Made by a program: the position numbers and the translations under genes. Shown here one piece after another: positions 10,649-20,671 of a DNA stretch of 62,773 nt. This DNA comes from Pseudobdellovibrionaceae bacterium (GTDB taxonomy: Bacteria; Bdellovibrionota; Bdellovibrionia; Bdellovibrionales; Bdellovibrionaceae). The stretch is taken from positions 1 to 62,773 of the forward strand of contig JBIKLL010000009.1 in NCBI GenBank assembly GCA_044359815.1, given 5' to 3'. How positions within the stretch are numbered: position 1 is the first letter of the stretch; each line of letters opens with the position of its first letter. The notes under the pieces are model-generated. The model was not told where the DNA came from. It did not search any database and was given only the letters and a program-made list of their open reading frames with translations.

Positions 10649-12928
10649 ATGCGCAGGTTAGTTTTGATTCTAGTAGCATCATTGATTTCAGTTTCCGGAA
10701 ACTCACAGAATCCGGATACTTACTTGAATAAGTTTTCCGCAGCCCATCAGGCTTATAATAAAAAAACCTCTGACGCTCTTGAAAAACTGCGCGCCTTGCA
10801 GGGCGAAGAGCATACGCTAAAACCCTATGTTCAGTTTTTTTTGGCGGATCTGTTACTGATGGATCAAAGCAAAAAGGAAAACGTTCAGGAAGCTGAAGCG
10901 CTTTTGGAGCAAGTTGTAAAAATCAAGGCCAACAATCGCTTGGTAAAAGAAAGTGAATTTAAGCTTTCGATTTTGATGAATAAAAAAAATCAATTTGCAC
11001 AAAGCCACAAAATTTTGGTGGGGCTTGAAAAAGAACTTAAAGGTTTAGAGTTGCACCCCAACGTTTTGTATGAACTGGCAATTGCTGAAAAGGGTTTGAT
11101 GCAGCAGCAGCGGTTTTGCCGAGTGATTAAAAAACTGTACGAAAGATACCCGCAGTATGACAAAATTGTTAATTGGACCTTGAATCTGATGGATGATCAA
11201 TTTGAAGGTAAACCCACTAATTGCCCTGTGACAGCACAGGAAAAACGAAATCGCATCAGAACCTGGCAGTTGTCGGGTCTGGGTAAACGGGCAAAGGCCG
11301 AACTGGATTATTTAAAAAGTTCAAAGGGCGACAATGATAAATTTGAGCTGGATAAATTAGAAGTTTATTATTTATTGTCCGAGGGCGAGCCATTAAAGGC
11401 CTTACAGATTATGCTGCCTTACTTTCAAAGCAAAAAAAACAGTCCTGAGTATTTGATGATGTTAGGAAATGTAGCTTCTCGCGCTGGTGAATACCAAGCT
11501 GCAGTGGGTGCCTACTATGGGGCCTACAAGCTGAATCCTAAAGCCAAAGTCGCCAAAGATGGCTTGTTTCAATCGGGATTTATGAGTTATCAGATTCAGG
11601 ATTACGATGGTTCAACACGAAAGTTTCAGGAATTTTTAAAGGTTTACCCTAAATCCAAATTAGCCGCGGATGCAAAATGGCAATTGGCTTGGATTAGCTA
11701 CCTCAAAGCTAATTACAGAAATTCTATAACTGTATTAACCAGCATCGCAAAGTCTTCTCGCTCGGGTGTGAATGAAAGAATCAAATATTGGATTGCCATG
11801 AGTCACCTAAAGCTGGGTGAAACTACCGTCGCTCGAAAAATGTTCGAGGAAATCGCTAATTCAAATATTTTCAGTTACTATGCGATTGCTGCACAAAACA
11901 GATTGCAAAAACTGGTAACCCTCAGTCCCAAAAGTACAATTACCAGATCAATTGCTTCAAATATGAGCCTGGCTAATCGCAATTTGTCTGATACGGTTAT
12001 GCCTATCGAATGGGTTTACGATGATTCAGAGCTGATCAGCGGGGAGACCGTCACCGCCACAGAGGATAGGATTTCCGAAACAGCAGATGAACCCACCGAT
12101 CAAAAATCCATATCACCATTTAACAATGAATTATTCACTGAAAAATTTAATCGAGCCAAATTATTGGTTTCAGCAAATCTTAATGAATGGGCTAAATGGG
12201 AACTGTACGAAATCGAAAAACACACTAGCAGCGCTGAGTATTTAAAAAGCCTTATGGAAATTTATACTTCGATTGGCGTGTACCATCGCAGTGCTTTAAT
12301 AGCCGACCAAGCCTTTGGACCTCTGCGAATGCAGTTAGGGCCTGAAAACGGTAAGATTTATTGGGAGTCTTCATTTCCTAAAGCCTACCAAACAGCTGTG
12401 GAAAAAAGCTCCAAAGATTTTGGAGTTCCTCAAGAGCTGATTTGGGGAATTATGAAAGCTGAGAGTCGTTTTAAGAAAGACGCTGTTTCACCCGTGGGCG
12501 CCTTGGGCCTGATGCAAGTCATGCCTTACACTGGAGAAAAAGTTTCGCATTTACTGAAAGAAAAAAACTTTGATTGGAGAAATTTGCTGAACTCAGATTT
12601 TGCCGTCAGATACGGATCCAGATATTTAAAACGATTAATGGTTAAGTTTGATGAAGCCATTCCTTTAGTTGCTGCGGGCTATAATGCGGGTCCTCACCGA
12701 GTGAAGTCTTGGGTTAAGAGCTTTGGAAACTTGGACATGGATGAATTTATTGAACACATTCCGTTTTTTGAAACCCGTAACTACGTCAAAAAGGTCGTAG
12801 CCTATTCGCACGCGTACAATCAAATGTACTTTAAAAAGAATCAATTCTTGTCAGCGTTGTCATCACCGATTACATTTCGTGTTACTGAACCAGTAATTGC
12901 GAAAGAATCATGGGACGACATCTACTAA
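10649..12928 (+). CDS. slt: Soluble lytic murein transglycosylase with TPR repeats
   Basis: Signal peptide, TPR region, IMKAESRF, GALGLMQVMP, AGYNAGP, ETRNYVKKV. Confidence 0.9.
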   Translation: MRRLVLILVASLISVSGNSQNPDTYLNKFSAAHQAYNKKTSDALEKLRALQGEEHTLKPYVQFFLADLLLMDQSKKENVQEAEALLEQVVKIKANNRLVKESEFKLSILMNKKNQFAQSHKILVGLEKELKGLELHPNVLYELAIAEKGLMQQQRFCRVIKKLYERYPQYDKIVNWTLNLMDDQFEGKPTNCPVTAQEKRNRIRTWQLSGLGKRAKAELDYLKSSKGDNDKFELDKLEVYYLLSEGEPLKALQIMLPYFQSKKNSPEYLMMLGNVASRAGEYQAAVGAYYGAYKLNPKAKVAKDGLFQSGFMSYQIQDYDGSTRKFQEFLKVYPKSKLAADAKWQLAWISYLKANYRNSITVLTSIAKSSRSGVNERIKYWIAMSHLKLGETTVARKMFEEIANSNIFSYYAIAAQNRLQKLVTLSPKSTITRSIASNMSLANRNLSDTVMPIEWVYDDSELISGETVTATEDRISETADEPTDQKSISPFNNELFTEKFNRAKLLVSANLNEWAKWELYEIEKHTSSAEYLKSLMEIYTSIGVYHRSALIADQAFGPLRMQLGPENGKIYWESSFPKAYQTAVEKSSKDFGVPQELIWGIMKAESRFKKDAVSPVGALGLMQVMPYTGEKVSHLLKEKNFDWRNLLNSDFAVRYGSRYLKRLMVKFDEAIPLVAAGYNAGPHRVKSWVKSFGNLDMDEFIEHIPFFETRNYVKKVVAYSHAYNQMYFKKNQFLSALSSPITFRVTEPVIAKESWDDIY

Positions 12929-13833
12929 AAATTGGCTCAAGGCTCGTTCAATTTATTTTGACCGTGTTTTTGCTTTGGAATCTGGGGTTCGTCCTGTTGA
13001 ATGCCCTACCAGGCAGTCCCTTTGCTCAAGAAGCTAATTTAAAACCACAGTTTGAACAGGCTTTAAGGCAGCAGTATGGACTGGGTGCCAGTATTGGCGA
13101 GCGGTATTTTTTGCAGCTTAAAAAATTTCTGCAATTTGATTTTGGGCCTTCTTCCAGTTTCGAGGGTAAAACCGCCAATCAATTAATTGTACAAACATTA
13201 AAAACTTCCTCAACAATTATGTTGTTGGCTTTTGCTCTCAGTATGGTGGCCAGTTTTTTACTGACTATGGGCAGTTATTTTGGAAACCAGCTGATAAAAT
13301 CAACTATTGATTCATTGATGACTGTGGTGTTGTCATTGCCCCAGATTTTTTTAGTGCCCGTGGCTGTTTGGTTTTTTGGCTTTCACCTTAAGATATTTCC
13401 CATCGCTTTTTTGGATTCTGCCATCAGTTATATCCTGCCTGTCACCCTGTTGGCTTTAAGACCTGTATTTGTGCTGTACAGATTTTTAACCGAAGCCATT
13501 CAGAAAACTGAAAAAGAGGCTTATAGCATCAATGCTAAGGCCATGGGATTCTCAAAATCAAAAATATTTTTCAGATTTTTGGTGCCCAATTCGATAAGTG
13601 TATGGGTTCAACATTTAGGCTCAGTGTGGGTGCACTTTTTTTCGGGCACACTTTTGATTGAAATGGTTTTCAGTTACGAGGGCATGGGTTCGCTGCTGGT
13701 TAAAGCCCTGGGCAGCAGGGATTTTACTCTGTCACTGGCCATCATTATTGTGATCGGTACAATGGTCAGTTTGATGCAAATGATTGCTGATTTGATAAAT
13801 TCGTTGGTTGATCCCAGGCTGGATATTTTGTGA
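12910..13833 (+). CDS. Peptide ABC transporter permease, OppB/DppB-like
   Basis: LPGSPF, FDFGPS, AKAMG, IEMVFSYEGMG; multiple TM helices. Confidence 0.85.
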   Translation: MGRHLLKIGSRLVQFILTVFLLWNLGFVLLNALPGSPFAQEANLKPQFEQALRQQYGLGASIGERYFLQLKKFLQFDFGPSSSFEGKTANQLIVQTLKTSSTIMLLAFALSMVASFLLTMGSYFGNQLIKSTIDSLMTVVLSLPQIFLVPVAVWFFGFHLKIFPIAFLDSAISYILPVTLLALRPVFVLYRFLTEAIQKTEKEAYSINAKAMGFSKSKIFFRFLVPNSISVWVQHLGSVWVHFFSGTLLIEMVFSYEGMGSLLVKALGSRDFTLSLAIIIVIGTMVSLMQMIADLINSLVDPRLDIL

Positions 13834-14621
13834 AACGGAATCTGGCGATCAGTTATTTAGTCATTTTATTTTCCGCCGCTTTGGTTGTGCCTGTTTTTTT
13901 TCCTGATTTAGGAACTCATATTGATTTGGATAAAGCTCTTATTTTACCCAGTGGTTCTTATTGGTTTGGCACAGACAGCATGGGCCGCGATTTGGTGTTT
14001 CGGGTGTTAATGGGGGCCCAGACCACAGTTTTTGTCGGAGTGACTTCGGCCCTTATCAGTATTTTTTTGGGCAGTTTGATTGGGATTGGACTTTCATTGA
14101 TGCCAAGGTTTTTAGAGCAAATTTTTTTAAGATTTGTCGAAGTTGTTGATTCGGTTCCTTCTGTGATTTGGGTTTGTTTGTTGTTTGTGTCTTTTTATAA
14201 AGAGGGATCAAGCTTGCTGTTTATGATTGTTGCTATGTTTTCAGTGGGCTGGATTTCCAGCGCGAAAATTTCTCGCATTGCCAGTCATAAAATAATTTCT
14301 GCCCAATATATTGAAGCGGCACAGGCAATGGGTGTGTCCAAGCTCAGATTAATCTTCAAACACATATTTCCAAACATGAAGGAATCGGTGATTTCGATTT
14401 TTTGTTATCAGCTGACCTATTTTTTTATTTTTGATTCAGTTTTATCATTTTACGGATTCGGGATTCAGCCTCCGGGGCTCAGTTGGGGAGTGTTGATTTT
14501 AGATGGTTGGAAATCCATCGCCTTTTATCCCCATTTACTAGTTTGTCCCAGCGCAGTGCTATTTGTAACTATACTGAGTCTAAACATTATAATAAGGTCT
14601 TTAAAAAGGGAGAATCAATGA
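13830..14621 (+). CDS. Peptide ABC transporter permease, OppC/DppC-like
   Basis: WFGTDSMGRD, YIEAAQAMG, HIFPN, SWG. Confidence 0.88.
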   Translation: MKRNLAISYLVILFSAALVVPVFFPDLGTHIDLDKALILPSGSYWFGTDSMGRDLVFRVLMGAQTTVFVGVTSALISIFLGSLIGIGLSLMPRFLEQIFLRFVEVVDSVPSVIWVCLLFVSFYKEGSSLLFMIVAMFSVGWISSAKISRIASHKIISAQYIEAAQAMGVSKLRLIFKHIFPNMKESVISIFCYQLTYFFIFDSVLSFYGFGIQPPGLSWGVLILDGWKSIAFYPHLLVCPSAVLFVTILSLNIIIRSLKRENQ

Positions 14622-14965
14622 AAGCATTTTTATTAATCAACTTGATGAGCATTGTATTGTCTGCGGCAGCATTTTCTCAGACTCGCATTGGGTATTCCGA
14701 CACAGAAGTTTTTGGACAACCCAACATCGCTTTTAGCAGTAAGGGAGTTTATTTTAATTTTGGCGGACCATTTTTTGGAATTCGTAAAGGGTACTATGTT
14801 TATGGTCTCAGTTTCTATCCATCTCTCAGGTACTATGAATCCGACGTATCAGCGACTATAGGTTTTGGTCCCAATATCACTTATGACAATTGGGTTTTTT
14901 CGCTACCGATTTATTATGAAGGCACTGCTGGTTACGGCGCCATTGGTATCGGTAAGAAATTCTAG
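14618..14965 (+). CDS. Small secreted or outer-membrane hypothetical protein
   Basis: Signal peptide, aromatic-rich beta-like strands, C-terminal Phe; ATGA overlap with upstream gene. Confidence 0.65.
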   Translation: MKAFLLINLMSIVLSAAAFSQTRIGYSDTEVFGQPNIAFSSKGVYFNFGGPFFGIRKGYYVYGLSFYPSLRYYESDVSATIGFGPNITYDNWVFSLPIYYEGTAGYGAIGIGKKF

Positions 14966-15204
14966 TTTTTAAAATAAGCTATTTCTGAACCTAAAATGTT
15001 TATCACTTATGGCAGTTCGGCATCGGTAAAAAGGTTTTTTTATACAGTCGTTTTCGCATTTAAAGTTCGTACTTTTGTATTAGGCCTGCCGTTTTTGGTT
15101 CCTGCAATTAGGAAAATTTCAGACTTTTTAAATCTAAGGTCAAGAAATCATTGGTTTTAAAGGGGCCTTCTGGGTGGCCTTAATCTTGTAACCTGTCATA
15201 GGTT

Positions 15205-16251
15205 ATGAAGGAAATCTGTTCTGCATTATTAAAGTCAGCAATGACCCTGATCATTTTGATTGGGTTGGTTGGCAAAGCTCAAGCTTCTGGAAATTCCCAG
15301 TTATCAGCACCCACTGGCTATTCGACTGTTAAACCCAAGTCTTCTGCAGCAAAGGCCTCAGTTGCCAAAAATTCTGAAAGTCTGTTTGCTGAAGTGATTA
15401 AAAAATCTCAGGACAGCCAGACAGATGCTTTAATGATCTATCAAGACGGCCAAGTGGTTTATGATTCGCATAGAATCAATCCCAACATTCCCATCAGTGT
15501 CCAAAGCATTACAAAAAGTCTGATAGCCATTGCGATTTTAAAATTGCTCGAAGATAAAAAAATCCCTAATTTGGATCTGCCGATGTATCATTTTATCCCT
15601 GAATGGTATCAAGACTCTGACAGGCAAAAAATCACCGTTAAAATGTTACTGAATCACACCAGCGGGATTTGTGACTGCGATGGTTTTTTAAAACAACCTG
15701 ATTTTATTCAGTTTGCCAAAAAAGCCCCTTTGCAATTTAAGCCGGGGACCGGATTTTTATACAGCACCGTGGCTGTGGCTTTACTGGAGCGAGTGATCAC
15801 CAGGGTAACCCACGAACCTGCCGAATATTATATCCAACAAAATATTTTATCACCCCTAGATATTTCAGGTGTTGAATGGAACTATGATGAAAACAATCAC
15901 ATTCAAGCAGGTGGTGGGATGTTTGCAAGCCCCCGTGATTTGCTTAAAATCGGTGTGATGTTGGCTAATCAGGGTGTGTATGCACAGCAAAGAATTTTGT
16001 CTGAAGCTTCAGTGAAATTACTGTCTACCAAAAGCCAACCCTTTGAAAACTATGGTTTGTTATTTTGGCTTTATAAATCTGCAGGTTCTGAAAAATCTGA
16101 TGTTTTTGCAGCCAGGGGGTATGGCGGCCAATATATCTTGGTGAACCCTTCAAAAAAACAAGTCATCGTCAGGGTTAAAGACCCCAGAAAAATCAGCACT
16201 CAAAACCTCTCTCAAACCGAGTTCCTAGAGCTCACCCAATTAATGCCCTAG
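15205..16251 (+). CDS. Secreted serine hydrolase, beta-lactamase class C-like family
   Basis: SITK (SxxK), LLNHTSG, FKPGTGFLYS, GYGGQ. Confidence 0.9.
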   Translation: MKEICSALLKSAMTLIILIGLVGKAQASGNSQLSAPTGYSTVKPKSSAAKASVAKNSESLFAEVIKKSQDSQTDALMIYQDGQVVYDSHRINPNIPISVQSITKSLIAIAILKLLEDKKIPNLDLPMYHFIPEWYQDSDRQKITVKMLLNHTSGICDCDGFLKQPDFIQFAKKAPLQFKPGTGFLYSTVAVALLERVITRVTHEPAEYYIQQNILSPLDISGVEWNYDENNHIQAGGGMFASPRDLLKIGVMLANQGVYAQQRILSEASVKLLSTKSQPFENYGLLFWLYKSAGSEKSDVFAARGYGGQYILVNPSKKQVIVRVKDPRKISTQNLSQTEFLELTQLMP

Positions 16252-16294
16252 CCCCACAGTTAATAAATTTTTCCTGCAGGCCAGCTTCGCCGTA

Positions 16295-16542
16295 TCTCTC
16301 GTGTTGCGTAAATACAAAGATAATTTTTTTCACTATTTTTAGACACTCGCTAACGGCCGCGGGCTCATCTCTCGTATTGAGTCATTTAGATTAATCAGTC
16401 TTACGATAAATAAATTATCATAAAACTTATTAATCTAAATGACTCAACACCAGATATGCCCCGCACGCTCGCTGCATGTGTCTAAAAACAGTAAAAACAA
16501 ATTACCTTTGCATTTACGCAATACGAGAGAAGAGCTTGCGGT
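16295..16542. repeat. Family A palindromic element, copy 2
   Basis: Outer arms 16295-16346/16478-16530, motif P 16347-16387, inner stem 16377-16409/16415-16447, motif Q 16437-16477. Confidence 0.92.
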
Positions 16543-16565
16543 CCAGATAACAAATTTTAAATTCA

Positions 16566-16764
16566 GATCTGACTCAATTTTTAGAAGCTAAAATTAGAAA
16601 TCTAAATATTCTATTTTGTTAAAATTGGGCCTCTGCGGAGCCTGGACGGCGGGGGCTTGGCCCGAGCAATGAGATTGGCGATTCGAAATCAAGAGCTGTG
16701 CCCGATTTTAATAAAATAGAATATTTAGATTTCTAATTTTAGTTTCTAAAAATTGAGTCAGATC
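16566..16764. repeat. Family C palindromic element, copy 2
   Basis: 65-bp arms 16566-16630/16700-16764 (62/65 complementary) around core 16631-16699. Confidence 0.92.
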
Positions 16765-16787
16765 CAGGAAAGACTTGATCTGTGGGA

Positions 16788-17888
16788 CTAGACATTGAAT
16801 TTGAAAAACATGATGTCGCCGTCTTTGACGACGTATTCTTTGCCTTCTGATCGGTATTTACCGGCTTCTTTGACAGCTGATTCAGATTTCAGAGCAAACA
16901 GTTCATCGCAGTGATAGGTTTCTGCTCGTATAAAGCCCCTCTCGAAATCAGTGTGAATCACACCGGCTGCTTGAGGCGCTTTGTAACCCTTGCGGATGGT
17001 CCACGCGCGGACTTCTTTTTCACCAGCGGTGAAATAGGTGTATAGGCCTAATAATCTGTAAGCTTCCATTATTAATCGGTGCAAACCAGGTTCTTTAGCG
17101 CCCATAGAATCCAAAAATTCCTTTTGTTCATCAGGCGCCAATTGGGCAATTTCTGCCTCCATCGCCGAACAAATAATTAGAGCCAAATTGTTTTCTTGCT
17201 GAGCTCTTTCAAAAACCTGTTTTGTCCAGGCATTGCCTCCTGATTGAAAATCCGAATCTGAAACATTGCAGGCATACAAAACTGGTTTTGATGTCAGCAA
17301 ATGCAGCTCTTTAACAAAGGGCAATTCATGTTCGTTCGCATCCACGCTCCGGGCTGGCAACCCCTTTGCCAAGGCTTCTTGCAAACGCTTGGTCACATCG
17401 TATTCCATTTTAACTTTGGGTTCAGTGGACGACTTAGCGGTTTTTTCGATGCGCTTTAATTTTTTATCAACAGTATCCAGATCAGCCAACATCAGTTCGG
17501 TATTGATGATTTCCATGTCTCGGACAGGATCGACGCTGCCGTTGACGTGAACAATATTAGGATCATCAAAACATCTGACAACGTGAACAATGGCATCTGT
17601 TTGTCTGATGTGACTTAAAAATTGATTGCCTAAGCCTTCGCCTTGGCTGGCGCCTTTCACAATTCCTGCGATATCGACAAATTCAATAATGCTTGGGATG
17701 GTCTTTTGCGGTTTTATAAAATGAGTGATCTTTTCAAGTCTTTGATCTGGCACATTCACAACCCCCACATTGGGATCAATGGTGCAGAAGGGATAATTGG
17801 CGGCCTCGGCCTTGGCAGAAGTCAATGCATTGAACAACGTGCTCTTACCAACATTCGGCAATCCTACGATACCCACTTGCAGTCCCAT
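16788..17888 (-). CDS. ychF: Redox-regulated ATPase YchF
   Basis: GIVGLPNVGKSTLFNAL, NYPFCTIDPN, YVVKDGD; start at MGLQVG. Confidence 0.97.
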   Translation of the reverse strand: MGLQVGIVGLPNVGKSTLFNALTSAKAEAANYPFCTIDPNVGVVNVPDQRLEKITHFIKPQKTIPSIIEFVDIAGIVKGASQGEGLGNQFLSHIRQTDAIVHVVRCFDDPNIVHVNGSVDPVRDMEIINTELMLADLDTVDKKLKRIEKTAKSSTEPKVKMEYDVTKRLQEALAKGLPARSVDANEHELPFVKELHLLTSKPVLYACNVSDSDFQSGGNAWTKQVFERAQQENNLALIICSAMEAEIAQLAPDEQKEFLDSMGAKEPGLHRLIMEAYRLLGLYTYFTAGEKEVRAWTIRKGYKAPQAAGVIHTDFERGFIRAETYHCDELFALKSESAVKEAGKYRSEGKEYVVKDGDIMFFKFNV

Positions 17889-17913
17889 TTGTGCTCCTTC
17901 GCAGTTATAAAAA

Positions 17914-18477
17914 TCAGGTGTTAAATTTAGTCGAAGCGGCTGAAAGGCCCTCAAAAATAAAGCACTCAATCGCATCGGTGGCAAGGTTCAAAAAATCTGT
18001 CAGATTAGATTGCTCATTTTCAGGAAATTTCTGTAACACATAATCAGCTATTTGAAATTCTGGATTTGTGGGTCTGCCAATACCCATTCGCAAACGACTG
18101 TAGTCTTGGGTTCCCAACAATTCATTGATGCTTTTAATCCCATTGTTCCCAGCGGCCCCACGGTTTTTTGCAAAACGGGTTTTGCCAAAGGGCAGTTCGA
18201 TTTCATCATGAACCACTAGCAATTTATCCAATTCAACTTTGTAGTAATTGATAACTTCTGAAACGCTTTCCCCAGATTTATTCATGTAGGTCAGCGGTTT
18301 TAACAAAATGACTTCTTGGTCATCAATTTTGTTTTTGCAAAAGAGCCCCTTGTGGGACTCTTGCCATTTCTTGATCTGCATGCTTTCGGCAAACATATCC
18401 AAGGCCAAAAAACCTACATTATGCCTTGTAAAAGCATATTTGGGACCCGGATTGCCTAAACCAACTATCAGATACAA
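17914..18477 (-). CDS. pth: Peptidyl-tRNA hydrolase
   Basis: LIVGLGNPG, TRHNVGF, KPLTYMNKSG. Confidence 0.97.
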   Translation of the reverse strand: MYLIVGLGNPGPKYAFTRHNVGFLALDMFAESMQIKKWQESHKGLFCKNKIDDQEVILLKPLTYMNKSGESVSEVINYYKVELDKLLVVHDEIELPFGKTRFAKNRGAAGNNGIKSINELLGTQDYSRLRMGIGRPTNPEFQIADYVLQKFPENEQSNLTDFLNLATDAIECFIFEGLSAASTKFNT

Positions 18478-19212
18478 TTATTTCTTGTCTTCTTTTTTAG
18501 CTTCAGGTTTTGCACCAGCGGCAGGAGCAGCAGCACCTGGTTTAGCACCAGCAGCAGCGCCCGGAGCGGCGGCACCAGCAGCAGCGGCAGCATCTGGAGT
18601 CGCAGCAGCGGCGGCGTCACCAGTAGCAGCAGTAGCTGTTGTAGTAAGAGATTCCTCTTCAAACAGATTCACAACCGCAATTGTTGTCTGCGGGGTTGAA
18701 AGCAATTTCACACCTGCAGGGATTGTCAAATCAGACACGTGAAGAGCATCGCCAACACCTAAATGAGAAATATCAGCAGAGAAGTTTTCTGGGATTTCCG
18801 TTGGTAAACATTCAACCTCAACGGTTCTGTTAACCACGTTTAACAAACCACCTTCAGCCAGACCCAACGGCTTACCTGACAATTTAACCTCAACAAAAAC
18901 GCGAACGGCTTTTTTCAGATCCAATGCAAACAAATCTACATGCAATGGGATTCTGGTAACTGGATGAACATTGACGTCTTTCATCAAGACAACAACGTTG
19001 TTCAGTTCTGAATCTGGGCTTTTAAGGTTAAACAAAGCATTGTCATATTGAGAGACATTGAATTTTTTAACGGAATTTTCATCGATCAGAATATTTTTAT
19101 TTTTAACTGAACCATAAACCACTGCTGGAATTTTGCGGCTGCGGCGAAAAGCGCGGCTGTTGTGTTTTCCTATTTCACGAGCTTCAACTGTTAAATCAAA
19201 TCGCTGAGACAT
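18478..19212 (-). CDS. rplY: 50S ribosomal protein L25/Ctc
   Basis: IPAVVYG, HPVTRIPLHVD; prs-rplY-pth synteny; Ala-rich tail. Confidence 0.95.
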   Translation of the reverse strand: MSQRFDLTVEAREIGKHNSRAFRRSRKIPAVVYGSVKNKNILIDENSVKKFNVSQYDNALFNLKSPDSELNNVVVLMKDVNVHPVTRIPLHVDLFALDLKKAVRVFVEVKLSGKPLGLAEGGLLNVVNRTVEVECLPTEIPENFSADISHLGVGDALHVSDLTIPAGVKLLSTPQTTIAVVNLFEEESLTTTATAATGDAAAAATPDAAAAAGAAAPGAAAGAKPGAAAPAAGAKPEAKKEDKK

Positions 19213-19235
19213 AAATCGTATCCTTTCATGCTAAT

Positions 19236-20183
19236 TTACAAATCAAATAATGAACTTACCGAGTCTTTGCCGTGTATGCGTTTTATGGCTTCGGCTAAAA
19301 CTGTCGCAATTGAAATCACTTCGATCTTTCCACTGGCTTTGGCGGTCTCGCTCAGGGGAATGGTATCGGTTACCCAAACCTTTTCGATCTTACTTTCAAT
19401 CAAACGACTGACTGCTGGACCGGAAAGCAAAGGATGCGTCGCAACGGCGAACACCTTTTTTGCACCATTTTTATAAAGACTGTCAACAGCTTGTGTAAGA
19501 GTGCCTCCAGTATCAATCATATCGTCAACAATGATGGCTATTTTGCCTTCGACCTCACCGATCAAATGCAAAGCCTTGGCTTCGTTGGGGCCTGATCGTC
19601 TTTTATCGATTATGGCCAACGAACAATCGATTCTTTTGGCGAAGGCTCGGGTCCGTTCGACCCCGCCAGCATCAGGACTCACCGCAACAAAGGCTTCGCC
19701 TGAGCCAAATTTTTCCTTCCAAGCACGGGCCAGGGTAGGAATGGCGAACAAATGATCCACAGGAACATTGAAAAATCCCTGAATCTGAGCCGCATGCAAA
19801 TCGATCGACACAACCCGAGTGGCACCCGCTGTGGTCAGCAAATCGGCCATAAGCTTGGCTGATATGGGTGCCCTGGGGGCGACCTTTCGATCCTGCCGAG
19901 CATATCCATAATAGGGAATCACCGCTGTGATGGATTCTGCCGAAGCTCTTCTGAGGGCATCGATTAAAATAAACAGTTCCATGTAGTTTTGATTTACAGG
20001 TGGGCATGTGCTCTGAACGACAAAAACATCACGGCCACGAACGCTTTCGTGAATTTCAACCTGAACCTCACCATCTGCAAATGCGCTCAATTGACAAAAG
20101 CCCAGTTCGATACCGGACTCTTTGGCAATTTTTTGTGCCAGATGGGGATTTGAATTTCCTGAAAAGATTTTTAGACCGCTCAC
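19236..20183 (-). CDS. prs: Ribose-phosphate pyrophosphokinase
   Basis: PYYGYARQDRK, DLHAAQIQGFF, VDDMIDTGGT. Confidence 0.98.
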   Translation of the reverse strand: MSGLKIFSGNSNPHLAQKIAKESGIELGFCQLSAFADGEVQVEIHESVRGRDVFVVQSTCPPVNQNYMELFILIDALRRASAESITAVIPYYGYARQDRKVAPRAPISAKLMADLLTTAGATRVVSIDLHAAQIQGFFNVPVDHLFAIPTLARAWKEKFGSGEAFVAVSPDAGGVERTRAFAKRIDCSLAIIDKRRSGPNEAKALHLIGEVEGKIAIIVDDMIDTGGTLTQAVDSLYKNGAKKVFAVATHPLLSGPAVSRLIESKIEKVWVTDTIPLSETAKASGKIEVISIATVLAEAIKRIHGKDSVSSLFDL

Positions 20184-20296
20184 CGCCCAAAGGTTTAGCG
20201 AAGATTGATAGGTTTTACAATATTTTTGGCTTGAATAAGTCCGGAATCTTTTGGTCCAACTTTAAAGTTAGTAACTCGACGCCGTAAAATATAAAT

Positions 20297-20671
20297 ATGA
20301 AACTAAAACTGCGTCAATATCAGCACAACGATTGTAAAATTCTGGAATGGCAGGGGCGAGTCGACAGCTTTACTAAATCTGAATTTGAAAAACAATTGCA
20401 TGAGGCCGTTGCCGAAGGGGTCCTAAAGATCGCCATTGATATGAAGGGGATTGAATTTATCGCTCTGCCGACAATCAGTCTGTTGGTTAAGACCAAGCAA
20501 AAATTAAAACTGGCCGGTGGCGATTTGTTTATCCTGCAACCATCACCTAATATTTTAAAACACCTTAGGGTTTACACAGGCCCTTTTGAATTAGCGATTT
20601 TTAAAAATTTTAAAGATTTTGAAAAGGGTGAGCCTCTAGAATCTAGAGTTGAGCATTCATTTTTTGAATAA
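20297..20671 (+). CDS. STAS domain protein (anti-anti-sigma-like)
   Basis: GRVD...IDMKGIEFI...GGDL pattern and typical size. Confidence 0.8.
   Translation: MKLKLRQYQHNDCKILEWQGRVDSFTKSEFEKQLHEAVAEGVLKIAIDMKGIEFIALPTISLLVKTKQKLKLAGGDLFILQPSPNILKHLRVYTGPFELAIFKNFKDFEKGEPLESRVEHSFFE

Noticed and set aside
16252..16787. CRISPR or TIGR-like array reading of the repeats
   Set aside because: Repeats are inverted and nested, not regularly spaced direct repeats with spacers; no cas-like genes in the window
18478..18660. Ala/Pro-rich repeats in the rplY tail (also 33370-33690 and 29300-29370)
   Set aside because: Ordinary low-complexity protein linkers
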